Translations under genes and position numbers: made by a program
Source: a plasmid
Length of the DNA: 64,000 nt
Sequence record: NZ_CP019209.1
Reading direction: 5' to 3' (one strand)
Notes under the pieces: generated by a model
The model's database searches: none
Told to the model about the DNA's origin: nothing
What the model saw: the letters and a program-made list of their open reading frames with translations, nothing else
Shown: piece after piece, positions 12,015 through 22,957 of the stretch
Layout of the letters: every line of letters starts with the position of its first letter
Position numbering within the stretch: position 1 is the stretch's first letter

Positions 12015-12045
12015 AACTATTAATTAGTGATTGGAGAGTAAGTAC

Positions 12046-13356
12046 ATGACAAAAATTACATTTATTGGTGCAGGAAGTACTATTTTTGCAAAAAACGTAT
12101 TAGGCGATGCGATGTTAACTCCAAGTCTACAAGATGCACATATTGCATTGTACGATATTGATGAAAAACGACTAAAAGAATCAAATTTAATGCTTAAAAA
12201 TATTAATAAAAATTCGAATGAAAATCGTGCTGATATTGTTTCTTATTATGATCGCAAAGAAGCGTTAAGAGAGGCTGATTTTGTTATCAATGCTATTCAA
12301 GTGGGTGGTTATAAACCTTCAACAGTGATTGATTTTGATATTCCTAAAAAATATGGGTTGCGACAAACTATTGGTGACACCATGGGGATTGGTGGGATTT
12401 TTAGAACCCTACGGACACTACCAGTAATGTTAGACTTTGCTAAAGAAATGGAAGAAGTTTGTCCAAATGCTTGGTTATTGAACTATACAAATCCGATGGC
12501 GATGTTAACCATGGGTGTTTTAAAAGCGACGAGTATTAAGACTGTTGGTTTATGTCATAGCGTTCAAGTATGCGTACCAGAATTGTTTGAGCATTTAGGA
12601 ATAGCCGATCAATATGACTTAAATGACTTTCAATGGAAAATTGCAGGCATTAATCATATGGCATTCTTGTTGGAAATTACAAAAAATGGGGAAGATTTCT
12701 ATCCAACAATTCGTCAGTTAGCTGCAGAAAAACCAAATCCACATCCAGATTCTGTACGTTTTGAATTGTTGAAACGTTTTGGTTACTATATTACAGAATC
12801 AAGTGAACACAATGCAGAATACCATCCATACTTTATTAAATCAAAATACCCAGAATTGATTGACGAATTAGGGATTCCGTTGGATGAATACTTACGTCGT
12901 TGTGAACAACAAATTAATGATTGGGAAAGCATGCGAGAGGACATTGTAAATAATGGGGAGTTAACACATACGAGAAGCCGTGCATATGCTTCATATATCA
13001 TGGATTCTATTACGACAGGAACTCCGTCAGTGATTGCAGGAAATGTCTTAAATAAAGGCTTAATCACAAACTTACCGACAGATGTTTGTGTGGAAGTACC
13101 TTGTTTAGTCGATAAAAATGGCGTGCAACCAACCTATGTCGGTGAATTGCCAACACAATTAGCTGCTTTAAATCGGACGAATATCAATGTTCAAGAACTG
13201 ACAGTAGAAGCCGCTTTAACACTAGATAAATCAAAAATTTATCAAGCAGCGTATTTAGATCCACATCTATCATCTGAATTGTCTTTAACAGATATCAAAA
13301 ATTTAGTGGATGATTTAATCGAAGCACATGGGGACTATTTACCTGAATATAATTAA
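12046..13356 (+). CDS. melA: GH4 NAD-dependent alpha-galactosidase (MelA-like)
   Basis: MTKITFIGAGSTIFAKNVLGD Rossmann N-terminus typical of GH4; ~437 aa. RBS GGAGAG before ATG 12046. Confidence 0.75.
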   Translation: MTKITFIGAGSTIFAKNVLGDAMLTPSLQDAHIALYDIDEKRLKESNLMLKNINKNSNENRADIVSYYDRKEALREADFVINAIQVGGYKPSTVIDFDIPKKYGLRQTIGDTMGIGGIFRTLRTLPVMLDFAKEMEEVCPNAWLLNYTNPMAMLTMGVLKATSIKTVGLCHSVQVCVPELFEHLGIADQYDLNDFQWKIAGINHMAFLLEITKNGEDFYPTIRQLAAEKPNPHPDSVRFELLKRFGYYITESSEHNAEYHPYFIKSKYPELIDELGIPLDEYLRRCEQQINDWESMREDIVNNGELTHTRSRAYASYIMDSITTGTPSVIAGNVLNKGLITNLPTDVCVEVPCLVDKNGVQPTYVGELPTQLAALNRTNINVQELTVEAALTLDKSKIYQAAYLDPHLSSELSLTDIKNLVDDLIEAHGDYLPEYN

Positions 13357-13368
13357 AAAGAAGCTGAA

Positions 13369-13402
13369 AGAGTAAGGAATTTTCAATTCCTTACTCTTTT
13401 CT
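13369..13402 (+). terminator. rho-independent terminator of operon 1
   Basis: AGAGTAAGGAA...TTCCTTACTCT hairpin followed by a T-run. Confidence 0.7.
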
Positions 13403-13467
13403 TAGTTAAATTTAGTAAAAATATTGACAAAACACTTAGTAAACAGTTACATTAGTGTTAACAAAAA

Positions 13468-13956
13468 GAAAACGCATTCAAATTGTATAAGGAGGAGCAT
13501 AAAATGAAGTGGTCTAAAAAAATTATTTTAGCTTGTATAGCACTAGGAGCAACGATCTCTTTGACTGCTTGTGGAAAAAATCAGGAAGATGCAAGCGGTA
13601 AGGTAGAAATAGAGTTTTTTAATCAAAAAAGAAAACGCATTCAAATTGTATAAGGAGGAGCATAAAATGAAGTGGTCTAAAAAAATTATTTTAGCTTGTA
13701 TAGCACTAGGAGCAACGATCTCTTTGACTGCTTGTGGAAAAAATCAGGAAGATGCAAGCGGTAAGGTAGAAATAGAGTTTTTTAATCAAAAAAGAAAACG
13801 CATTCAAATTGTATAAGGAGGAGCATAAAATGAAGTGGTCTAAAAAAATCATTTTAGCTTGTATAGCACTAGGAGCAACGATCTCTTTGACTGCTTGTGG
13901 AAAAAATCAGGAAGATGCAAGCGGTAAGGTAGAAATAGAGTTTTTTAATCAAAAAA
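13468..13956 (+). repeat. 3 x 163-bp perfect tandem repeat covering cre/operator, RBS, ATG and signal-peptide codons of the SBP gene
   Basis: Unit starts at 13468, 13631 and 13794. Copies 1 and 2 are identical; copy 3 has one synonymous SNP. Junctions lie in CAAAAA(A)GAAA microhomology. Confidence 0.9.
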
Positions 13957-15089
13957 AAGAAATGACTCAAACGATTCAGGAGATTGCTAAAGATTTTGAA
14001 GCAAAAAACCCTGATATTCATGTAAAAGTTGTGGATGTACCGAATGCTGGTGAAGTAATTAAAACACGTATGCTTGCAGGCGATGTACCAGATGTCATTA
14101 ATCTTTATCCTCAAAGTATAGAATTGAAAGAATGGGCGAAAGCTGGTTATTTAGAGGACTTAACCGAAGAACCGTATTTAGAGAATATCAAAAATGGATA
14201 TGCACAACGTTTTGCTATTGAGGATCGTGTATATAGCATACCATTAACCGCTAATGTCTATGGTTTTTACTATAACAAAACTGCTTTTGAGGAAATGGGG
14301 ATTCAAGCACCAGAAACTTGGGCAGAATTTGAAAAAATAGTAGCTGAGATTAAAGATCAAAACAAAGTACCGTTTGCGATTGCAGGAGCAGAAGGCTGGA
14401 CTTTAAATGGTTATCACCAACTAGCTATAGCGACTGCTGCTGGTGGTGAAGAGGAAGCGAACAATGTTTGGCGTTTCTCAGAAGTTAATGGAATTAATGC
14501 TGAAAGCAAAGAAATGCAAAAAGATTTTAATCGATTAGATTTGTTAAGAGAACCAAAAGCTTTGCAAAACAACTGGCAAGGTGCCGGTTATAACGATACA
14601 GTAGTTACTTTTACAAAAGGTGATGCGTTGATTATGCCGAATGGTTCATGGGCAATGCCGATGATTCATTCACAAAATCCAGATTTTGAAGTAGGAACTT
14701 TTCCTTTTCCAGCAGATGAAGCAGGTCAAAGTCTAACGATTGGCGCAGGAGACCTAGCCTTATCAGTTTCTGCAACTTCTCAACATAAAGAAGAAGCCAA
14801 ACGTTTTGTAGAATATATGACAACACCTGAAGCGATGCAGAAATATTATGATGTAGATGGTGCACCGTGTGCTGTTGAGGGCGTTATCGAGAATACTCAG
14901 GATTCACCATTAAGTGGTTTAACTGAACTTGCTTTTACTGATCGTCATTTAGTTTGGTTAGCCAAAGATTGGAATAGTGAAAATGATTTTTATACCTTAA
15001 CAACAAATTATTTACACAATGGCAATCAAAAAGCCATGATTAACGCATTAAATGCTTTCTTTAATCCAATGAAAGCTGACGGAAGGTAG
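13830..15089 (+). CDS. sugar ABC transporter substrate-binding lipoprotein (MsmE-like)
   Basis: ATG 13830 after AAGGAGGAG RBS. Lipobox LTAC. 419 aa, paralogue of the decayed 8930..10195 gene. Confidence 0.85.
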   Translation: MKWSKKIILACIALGATISLTACGKNQEDASGKVEIEFFNQKKEMTQTIQEIAKDFEAKNPDIHVKVVDVPNAGEVIKTRMLAGDVPDVINLYPQSIELKEWAKAGYLEDLTEEPYLENIKNGYAQRFAIEDRVYSIPLTANVYGFYYNKTAFEEMGIQAPETWAEFEKIVAEIKDQNKVPFAIAGAEGWTLNGYHQLAIATAAGGEEEANNVWRFSEVNGINAESKEMQKDFNRLDLLREPKALQNNWQGAGYNDTVVTFTKGDALIMPNGSWAMPMIHSQNPDFEVGTFPFPADEAGQSLTIGAGDLALSVSATSQHKEEAKRFVEYMTTPEAMQKYYDVDGAPCAVEGVIENTQDSPLSGLTELAFTDRHLVWLAKDWNSENDFYTLTTNYLHNGNQKAMINALNAFFNPMKADGR

Positions 15090-15098
15090 GAAAATAAA

Positions 15099-15971
15099 AT
15101 GAAAATAAAAGAAATTTTAAATCGTTACTGGGCAATCATTTTTGTAGCAATTCCAATTATTTTGCAGATGATTTTTTTCTACTTTCCAATGGTTCAAGGT
15201 GCTTTTTACAGTTTAACTAATTGGACTGGTCTGACTTATAATTTTGATTTTGTGGGTTTGAACAATTATAAGATTCTTTTTTCTGATCCGAAGTTTATCA
15301 AATCGATTGGCTTCACTTTAATTGTGACGCTTTGCATGATTGCTGGACAAATTGGTTTTGGTATTTTGATTGCGCGGGCGTTGAACGCAAATATTAAAGG
15401 GAAAACATTCTTTAGAGCATGGTTCTTTTTTCCAGCGGTCTTATCGGGCGTGGTTGTTTCTTTAGTATTTAAACAAATTTTTAACTATGGTTTACCAAAA
15501 ATTGGTAGTATGTTAGGCATTGAATTTTTACAAACCAGTCTTTTAGGAACAACATGGGGAGCGATTTTTGCAGTAATTTTTGTTTTACTTTGGCAAGGAA
15601 TTGCCATGCCAGTCATCATTTTCTTAGCGGGTTTTCAAAGTATTCCACAAGAAATTATTGAAGCTGCTAGAATGGATGGGGCGAATGATAAGCAAATTTT
15701 TTGGAATATTGAAATCACCTACTTATTACCAAGTATTTCAATGGTATTTATTATGGCATTAAAAGGTGGCTTAACAGCATTTGATCAAATTTTTGCTTTA
15801 ACTGGTGGTGGACCAAGCGATGCCACAACATCTTTGGGGTTACTTGTTTATAATTATGCTTTTAAAAACAATCAGTTTGGTTATGCGAATGCTATTGCTT
15901 TAGTCTTATTTATCTTAATTGGGATTGTTTCACTGGCACAATTAAAATTATCGAAAAAATTTGAAATCTAG
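15099..15971 (+). CDS. ABC sugar permease (MalF/MsmF-like)
   Basis: 290 aa, TM-rich, EAA loop IIEAARMDGAN. Confidence 0.85.
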   Translation: MKIKEILNRYWAIIFVAIPIILQMIFFYFPMVQGAFYSLTNWTGLTYNFDFVGLNNYKILFSDPKFIKSIGFTLIVTLCMIAGQIGFGILIARALNANIKGKTFFRAWFFFPAVLSGVVVSLVFKQIFNYGLPKIGSMLGIEFLQTSLLGTTWGAIFAVIFVLLWQGIAMPVIIFLAGFQSIPQEIIEAARMDGANDKQIFWNIEITYLLPSISMVFIMALKGGLTAFDQIFALTGGGPSDATTSLGLLVYNYAFKNNQFGYANAIALVLFILIGIVSLAQLKLSKKFEI

Positions 15972-15982
15972 GAGGTTTCCCA

Positions 15983-16813
15983 ATGAAAACATCAAAAGAA
16001 AAAAATATTTCTAAATACTTGCTTTTATTATTAGGGGGCTTCATGATTTTAGTTCCCTTAGTTTCAACGCTATTCGGTTCATTTAAAACAACACCCGATA
16101 TTATGAATAATTTCTTTCGTTTTCCTAATCCAGCGACTTTGGAAAATTTCCGAAGATTGTTAGCGGATGGAATTGGTCATTACTTTTGGAATTCGGCAAT
16201 CATCACAATCATTGCAGTAGTTGCTGTGACAGCAATTATTCCTATGGCTGCTTATTCACTAGCAAGAAAAATGACTCGTGGGAAAGCATACGGATTGATG
16301 TATTTATTTTTAATTTTAGGAATTTTTGTTCCTTTCCAAGTAATTATGATTCCGATTACCGTTATGATGAGTAAAATTGGTTTAGCAAATATGTGGGGAT
16401 TAATCTTACTCTATCTCACTTATGCCGTACCACAGACACTATTTTTATATGTTGGTTTTATTAAACTAAATGTGCCTATCAGTCTGGATGAGGCTGCTGA
16501 AATTGATGGGGCTAGTCACTTTACAACTTATTTCAAAATTGTTTTCCCAATGTTAAAACCAATGCATGCGACGACTATTATTCTTAATGCTCTATGGTTT
16601 TGGAATGATTTCATGCTACCATTATTAATTTTAAATCGTGATTCTAATATGTGGACACTACCATTGTTTCAATATAATTATACGGGACAATATTTTAACG
16701 ACTATGGTCCAAGTTTTGCTTCCTATACAGTAGGAATTGTCACGATTACACTAGTTTATCTTGCTTTCCAAAGAAGTATTATAGCTGGAATGAGCAATGG
16801 AGCAGTGAAATAA
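15983..16813 (+). CDS. ABC sugar permease (MalG/MsmG-like)
   Basis: 276 aa, EAA loop LDEAAEIDGAS. Confidence 0.85.
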   Translation: MKTSKEKNISKYLLLLLGGFMILVPLVSTLFGSFKTTPDIMNNFFRFPNPATLENFRRLLADGIGHYFWNSAIITIIAVVAVTAIIPMAAYSLARKMTRGKAYGLMYLFLILGIFVPFQVIMIPITVMMSKIGLANMWGLILLYLTYAVPQTLFLYVGFIKLNVPISLDEAAEIDGASHFTTYFKIVFPMLKPMHATTIILNALWFWNDFMLPLLILNRDSNMWTLPLFQYNYTGQYFNDYGPSFASYTVGIVTITLVYLAFQRSIIAGMSNGAVK

Positions 16814-16852
16814 CCAATAAATTATTCTCATTATAAAGGAGTTCATAAACTT

Positions 16853-19036
16853 ATGATTATATTTGACAATCACACACAAACATTTCATTTACAAAATAAA
16901 AAAATTAGCTATCTATTAGGAATCGAAGAAAATAATTATTTAACGCATCTTTATTTTGGAAAAAAGATTACGCACTATTCTGGTGGGTATCGCTACCCCC
17001 GAACAGATCGTTCCTTCTCACCCAACAATGCAAATGCGCAAGATCGTTTATTATCTTTAGATACATTACCATTAGAATTTCCAGGATATGGACATGGTGA
17101 TTTTAGAGAACCGGCGCATAATATTAAATTAGGAAACGGTAGTCGTGTAAATGATTTTCGTTATGATAGCTACGAAATTCAAAAAGGAAAGCCCAGCTTA
17201 GCGGGATTGCCAGCCTTATATACGGAAGATGATGATGAAGCTGAAACGCTGATTATTCAATTGAAAGACGCGATTAGTGGATTGACTTTACAGTTGTTCT
17301 ACACAATTTATCAAAATCACAGTGTAATTATTCGTTCTACGCAATTAGTAAATAATAGTGATGAAACAGTGGAGATTAACCGCTTAGCTAGTCAATCAAT
17401 TGATTTTCCAAATCGTCCACTCGAGTTAATTCATTTAAATGGTACCTGGGCAAGAGAACGTCAAATGACTAGAGAAAAAATTCATACAGGGATAAAAGTA
17501 TTAGATAGTAAACGCGGATCAAGCAGCCATCAACAAAATCCGTTTGTTGCTTTAGTAGATGCCAAAACAGATGAATTTCAAGGAGAGGCATATGGATTTA
17601 ATTTAGTTTATAGCGGTAATCACGAAACGGTGATTCAAAAAGATCCATTTGACCAAACACGGGTCATTATGGGAATTAATTCATTTAATTTTGGTTGGCA
17701 ACTAAAAACTGGCGACTCATTTCAAACGCCAGAAGTCGTGATGGTTTATAGTAATGAAGGTCTGAATACGTTATCACAGACGTATCATGAATTGTATAAT
17801 CACCGTTTAATTCGTGGAAACTATCGTTTACAAGAACGTCCCACGTTAATCAACAACTGGGAAGCAACGTATTTTGATTTTAACGAAGAAAAAATCATGA
17901 ATATTGTCGATGATGCGAAGAACTTGGGCATTGAAATGTTTGTTTTAGATGATGGTTGGTTTGGCGGTCGTGAAAATGACTTCACTTCATTAGGTGATTG
18001 GGTTGAAACAGAAGGCAAACTTGCTTGTGGTTTGGAAAATTTAGCCAAGCAAGTGCATGATAACGGGATGAAATTTGGGATTTGGTTTGAACCGGAAATG
18101 ATTTCTGAAGATAGTGAACTATTTCGAGCACATCCAGATTGGGCATTGGGTATTCCAGGTCGTGACCGCTCAATTAGTCGAAATCAATATGTTCTTGATT
18201 TTTCAAGACAAGATGTTCGTGATAATATCTATCAACAAATGACGGCGATTTTTGATCGTGTACCGATTGATTATGTGAAGTGGGATATGAATCGAAATAT
18301 GACAGAAGTCTATTCTGTCTTGTTGGACTCAACGATGCAAGGTGAAGTGGCTCATCGTTATATGTTAGGGTTATATGAATTTTTAGAAAAGTTAACAACG
18401 AATTATCCAACTATTTTATTTGAAAGTTGTTCGGGTGGAGGCGGTCGTTTTGATGCAGGTTTCTTGTATTACATGCCACAAACTTGGACGAGCGACAATA
18501 CCGATGCCGTGGCTCGTCTGAAAATTCAATATGGAACCAGCTTAGTGTATCCAATTTCAAGTATGGGTGCGCATGTTTCAGCAGTCCCAAATCATCAAAC
18601 AGGAAGAGAAACGAGTTTAACTATTCGTGGCAATGCTGCGATGGCTGGTGTTTTTGGTTATGAGCTAGATCTAACGCAATTAACTTCTGAAGAAAAAGCA
18701 GAAATTAAAGAACAAGTTGCCTTTTATAAAAAGCATCGCCAACTTTTGCAATATGGAACTTTTTATCGCTTGGAAAGTCCGTTTGAAGGCAATGATACTG
18801 CATGGATGTTTGTCTCAAAAGACCAAACAGAAGCCATGGTCTTTTATTTCCGAGTATTAGCAGAAGCTGCGCATCCATTAGTCACATTGAAATTAGCAGG
18901 ATTAGCAGAAGAAGCAACTTATCAAATGGAAGATGTAACATTTGCTGGCGATGAATTGATGAATCTCGGTTTTTATATTGACTCAGAACTACATGGTGAT
19001 TATGCGACACAACGCTTTTATTTGAAACAGATATAG
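16853..19036 (+). CDS. GH36 alpha-galactosidase (AgaA/RafA-like)
   Basis: 727 aa; FVLDDGWFGGRENDF...LGDW...KFGIWFEPEM motifs of GH36. Confidence 0.85.
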   Translation: MIIFDNHTQTFHLQNKKISYLLGIEENNYLTHLYFGKKITHYSGGYRYPRTDRSFSPNNANAQDRLLSLDTLPLEFPGYGHGDFREPAHNIKLGNGSRVNDFRYDSYEIQKGKPSLAGLPALYTEDDDEAETLIIQLKDAISGLTLQLFYTIYQNHSVIIRSTQLVNNSDETVEINRLASQSIDFPNRPLELIHLNGTWARERQMTREKIHTGIKVLDSKRGSSSHQQNPFVALVDAKTDEFQGEAYGFNLVYSGNHETVIQKDPFDQTRVIMGINSFNFGWQLKTGDSFQTPEVVMVYSNEGLNTLSQTYHELYNHRLIRGNYRLQERPTLINNWEATYFDFNEEKIMNIVDDAKNLGIEMFVLDDGWFGGRENDFTSLGDWVETEGKLACGLENLAKQVHDNGMKFGIWFEPEMISEDSELFRAHPDWALGIPGRDRSISRNQYVLDFSRQDVRDNIYQQMTAIFDRVPIDYVKWDMNRNMTEVYSVLLDSTMQGEVAHRYMLGLYEFLEKLTTNYPTILFESCSGGGGRFDAGFLYYMPQTWTSDNTDAVARLKIQYGTSLVYPISSMGAHVSAVPNHQTGRETSLTIRGNAAMAGVFGYELDLTQLTSEEKAEIKEQVAFYKKHRQLLQYGTFYRLESPFEGNDTAWMFVSKDQTEAMVFYFRVLAEAAHPLVTLKLAGLAEEATYQMEDVTFAGDELMNLGFYIDSELHGDYATQRFYLKQI

Positions 19037-19057
19037 TAGCTTGAATTTACAATATAA

Positions 19058-20317
19058 GTGCAACACCAAAAGAGACTCATTCCAAACGAAGAAAATATGT
19101 TTTATTTACACGCATTTACTAAAAAGCAGCCTGATTTGAATTGGGAAAATGAAGAAGTACGTGAAGAAATCTATGCAATGATTAACTATTGGTTAGATAA
19201 AGGACTAGGCGGATTTAGAATCGATGCGATATTAAACATCAAAAAAAAACTAGAGTATGGCATCTTTGAATCTGATGGAGAAGATGGGTTAGCCTTCATT
19301 GGGCCCTGGATTCTTAATCAGTCGGGCATTGAAGTGTGGTTAAAAGAAATGAGAGAGCGGACATTTAAACCACATAATAGTATGACGGTAGCAGAAGCCG
19401 ATGTTCCTAATGAACGTTTAGATGAATATATTGGTGAAGATGGCTATTATTCGATGGTTTTTGATTTTAGTTATACGGATATTGATGTACCTGAAACTGG
19501 TGAATGGTTTAAATATAGCCAATGGACATGGACGGATATGCGTACCAATATTTTTACGAATCAATTAGTTACGCAAGATAAAGGTTGGGGCGCCTTATAT
19601 TTAGAAAACCACGATCAACCACGTTCAATTAATAAATATATTCCAGAAGAATGGATCAATGATTATAGTAAAAAAATGTTGGCGACGCTTTTTATGTTAC
19701 TAAGAGGTACCCCTTTTATTTATCAAGGACAAGAACTAGGAATGACCAACATAGAAATGGCATCATTAGAAGATTTTGATGATGTAGCTACGCATTCTCA
19801 GTATAAACGGGCATTAGAATATGGATTGGCACCAGAGCAAGCATTGAAAGCTGTCAATAAACGAAGTCGGGATAATTCTCGCACACCTATGCAATGGAAT
19901 ACGCAAAAAAATGCCAGATTCTCAACTTCTGATAATGTATGTTTAAAAGTAAATCCTAATTATCCAGAACTCAATGCAGAAGCTCAGTTAACCAATCAAC
20001 AGTCGGTATTCAATTATTATCATCAATTAATTAAATTAAGAAAAAATAGTGTATACAAAGACGTGCTAATCTACGGACAATTTCTACCAGTGAAAGATAA
20101 AAATGAACATATTTTGCTTTATGAACGCCAATTAGAAGATAAAATCGTATTAGTTATCTTAAACGTTACAGCAACAGAACAAGAATATTATGTAGATGAA
20201 CAGTACCAACAAGTATTAATCAATAATTATGAAGATGTTTTATTAGATCAAAGTCGAAAATTGCGTTTACGACCGTTTGAAAGTATTGTATTAGCTAATT
20301 ATGGAGGACAATTATGA
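19058..20317 (+). pseudogene. GH13 oligo-1,6-glucosidase-like gene, 5'-truncated (DexB-like remnant)
   Basis: Starts at a GTG only 21 bp after the GH36 stop, with an in-frame TAA immediately upstream. Retains GH13 regions II-IV (GFRIDA, VAEAD, NHDQPR) but lacks about 130-140 N-terminal residues including region I. Confidence 0.7.
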
Positions 20318-21774
20318 AAATTAAAAACGAAGCAATGCTCATCACCTATGCAGATAGTTTAGGAAAAAACATGGGCGAATTAAAACAAGTCTTAGACAAA
20401 CATTTACAAGGTGTTATTGGTGGTGTACATCTGTTGCCTTTTTTTCCATCGACAGGTGATCGAGGCTTTGCGCCGAGTGATTATACGACAGTTGATCCAG
20501 CTCTTGGAACATGGGAAGATGTGGAAGCATTAGGTGAAGATTATTATTTGATGTTTGATTTTATGATTAATCACATTTCTCGTGAATCAAAATTTTTCCA
20601 AGATTTCAAAAAAAACCATGAGCAGTCACCATACAAAGAAATGTTTATCCGTATTCATGAATTTTTCCCAGAAAATCGACCAACACAAGAAGATATTGAT
20701 TTAATCTACAAGCGTAAAGACAAAGCGCCGTTTCAAACGGTAGAATTTGCGGATGGTACGACAGAAGAGGTTTGGAATACCTTTGGGGAAGAACAAATTG
20801 ATTTAGATGTGACCAAAGAAGTTGTGAAAGAATTTATTCGAGAAACCATCAAAGATATGGCGAACCATGGCTGTTCTTTAATTCGATTAGATGCGTTTGC
20901 TTATGCGATTAAAAAATTAGATACCAATGATTTCTTCGTGGAACCAGATATTTGGGAACTTTTAGACGAAGTGCGTCAAGAAGCAGCGAAATATGACGTC
21001 GAATTATTACCAGAAATCCATGAGCATTATTCCATTCAAATGAAAATTGCCAATCATGATTATTATATCTATGACTTCGCCTTGCCAATGGTCACTCTGT
21101 ATTCACTTTATAGTGGAAAATCAGAACGTTTAGCCAATTGGTTGAAAATGAGTCCGATGAAGCAGTTTACAACATTGGATACGCATGATGGAATTGGTGT
21201 TGTGGACGCTCGTGATTTATTAACAGATGAAGAATTGGATTACACCTCTGAGGAATTGTATAAAGTCGGGGCGAATGTGAAGAAGGTCTATTCAAGTGCC
21301 AATTACAATAATTTAGATATTTATCAAATTAACAGCACCTATTATAGTGCATTAGGCGATAATGACCGTAGCTATCTGTTAGCACGTGCGATTCAAGTAT
21401 TTGCGCCAGGGATTCCACAAATTTATTACGTTGGGTTATTAGCAGGAAAAAATGATATTGAACTGTTGGAAGCAACGAAAGAAGGGCGTAATATTAATCG
21501 TCATTACTATGATTTAGCCGAAATTGAAGAAGAAGTGCAACGGCCAGTGACTCAACAATTATTTGCACTTTTAAAATTTAGAAATGAATCTGCGGCGTTT
21601 GATTTGGATGGAACGATTGAAGTAGCAACGCCATCAGAATCAGAAATAGTGATTACACGTAAAAATAAAAACGGTAGTGATAGTGCAACATTAACGGCTA
21701 ACTTGGATACGAAAGAATTTATCATTGAGTCTAAAGATATAAAAATTTTCACTAGTGTTGCATTAAAATTTTAA
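20314..21774 (+). CDS. gtfA: sucrose phosphorylase (GH13_18)
   Basis: 486 aa; LITYADSLG...[22 protein letters not shown]...[10 protein letters not shown] signature. Confidence 0.85.
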   Translation: MKIKNEAMLITYADSLGKNMGELKQVLDKHLQGVIGGVHLLPFFPSTGDRGFAPSDYTTVDPALGTWEDVEALGEDYYLMFDFMINHISRESKFFQDFKKNHEQSPYKEMFIRIHEFFPENRPTQEDIDLIYKRKDKAPFQTVEFADGTTEEVWNTFGEEQIDLDVTKEVVKEFIRETIKDMANHGCSLIRLDAFAYAIKKLDTNDFFVEPDIWELLDEVRQEAAKYDVELLPEIHEHYSIQMKIANHDYYIYDFALPMVTLYSLYSGKSERLANWLKMSPMKQFTTLDTHDGIGVVDARDLLTDEELDYTSEELYKVGANVKKVYSSANYNNLDIYQINSTYYSALGDNDRSYLLARAIQVFAPGIPQIYYVGLLAGKNDIELLEATKEGRNINRHYYDLAEIEEEVQRPVTQQLFALLKFRNESAAFDLDGTIEVATPSESEIVITRKNKNGSDSATLTANLDTKEFIIESKDIKIFTSVALKF

Positions 21775-21811
21775 CCTATTCCATAGAACAAAAAATCCTT
21801 TATACTAGCAC

Positions 21812-22957
21812 TTGGATGACTTATCCAAGACCAATAAAAAGGACTCATACATGGATAAGTATAAAACAAATACAGCATTTAATAAATGGTTTTCTGCCAT
21901 AAAATTAGGAAAACTTTCTGTCAACTCCCAAAAATGTATTTTTGATTACAATTCGTATCGTAAAAAACTGTCTTTTGAAGCTGTGCTCAAGCTCTTTCTC
22001 TACGCAGTTAATGAAGAAAAAGAAAGTTTGCGTGATTTGAGTACAGCTCTTATCGACCGATCGCTCCAACTAGAAACCGATGTGTCATCGATTAGTCATA
22101 CCCAATTGTCTCGAGCATTTAATGCACTTGAACCTAAAGTGTTAGAAGAAATTTTTCAACAACTGTTAGAAAAAGTTCAACATCAAATCAAACCAACCAA
22201 GCGAAATCATCTGTATCTGATTGATTCCAGTACGTTTTCGCTTAGTTTAAAACGTCATAAGTGGGCGACTTTCCGTCAAACAAAATCAGGTGTCAAGTTA
22301 CACTTAAACTATTGTTATATGGACGATACTACGATGTATCCAACTGATTTTACCTTAACAAATGCCCATGAACATGATCTCAATCAACTACCAGTATTGG
22401 TGAATCAACCAGAGGCAACTTACGTGTTTGATCGTGGGTATTAGGACTTTGAAAAGATGGATCAGATGCATTGGGATGGCTATTTCTTCGTCACTCGGAT
22501 TAAAAAAAACACCAAAGTTCACGTGATAGATACTCTGGAAACATCGCCAGAAACAGAAATTCTACGAGACGAGCTGGTTCGTTTAGGATCTAAAACCTAT
22601 CTAACCGCCAATTTCCGACTAGTCACTGTTCAAGATAAGAACGGACGTGTGTTTCAATTTATCACCAATCGAATGGACGTCTCTTCAAAAGAAATCTCTG
22701 ATATGTATCACGCTCGTTGGCAAATCGAATTGTTTTTCAAGCACATCAAACAACACATGACCATTAAAACCTTCTTTTCTCAAAGTGAAAAAGGCGTGCA
22801 GAATCAATTGATTTTAACGATGATTTCCGCTCTCCTCACGTTTCTCATCAAATTGGAGACGAAAACGGAAAAATCAGTGTTCCAAATCAAACGATTCTTT
22901 CGTTATTTACTGTTTCAGCCCTTTGAATGTTGTCTAGAAAAATTAATTCCCACATGA
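21812..22957 (+). pseudogene. IS4/IS5-superfamily DDE transposase with in-frame TAG at 22442-22444
   Basis: Two ORFs in one frame, YVFDRGY-TAG-DFEKMDQMHWDGYFFVTR. C-terminal HARWQIELFFKHIKQ motif of IS4-like transposases. Confidence 0.6.

Noticed and set aside
13468-13956. Regular 163-bp repeats considered as a CRISPR-like array
   Set aside because: Units are identical, including what would be spacers. They are protein-coding plus RBS and far longer than CRISPR repeats. It is a tandem duplication
16186-16374. Short ORFs embedded in or antisense to clear genes (e.g. 16186..16374, 2598..2957, 3536..3787, 5256..5695, 9778..10065, 11699..11980, 12786..13067, 17821..18410, 40614..41033, 53874..54077)
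   Set aside because: They lie inside well-supported longer CDSs on the same or opposite strand, with no RBS or conservation signal. Treated as six-frame noise
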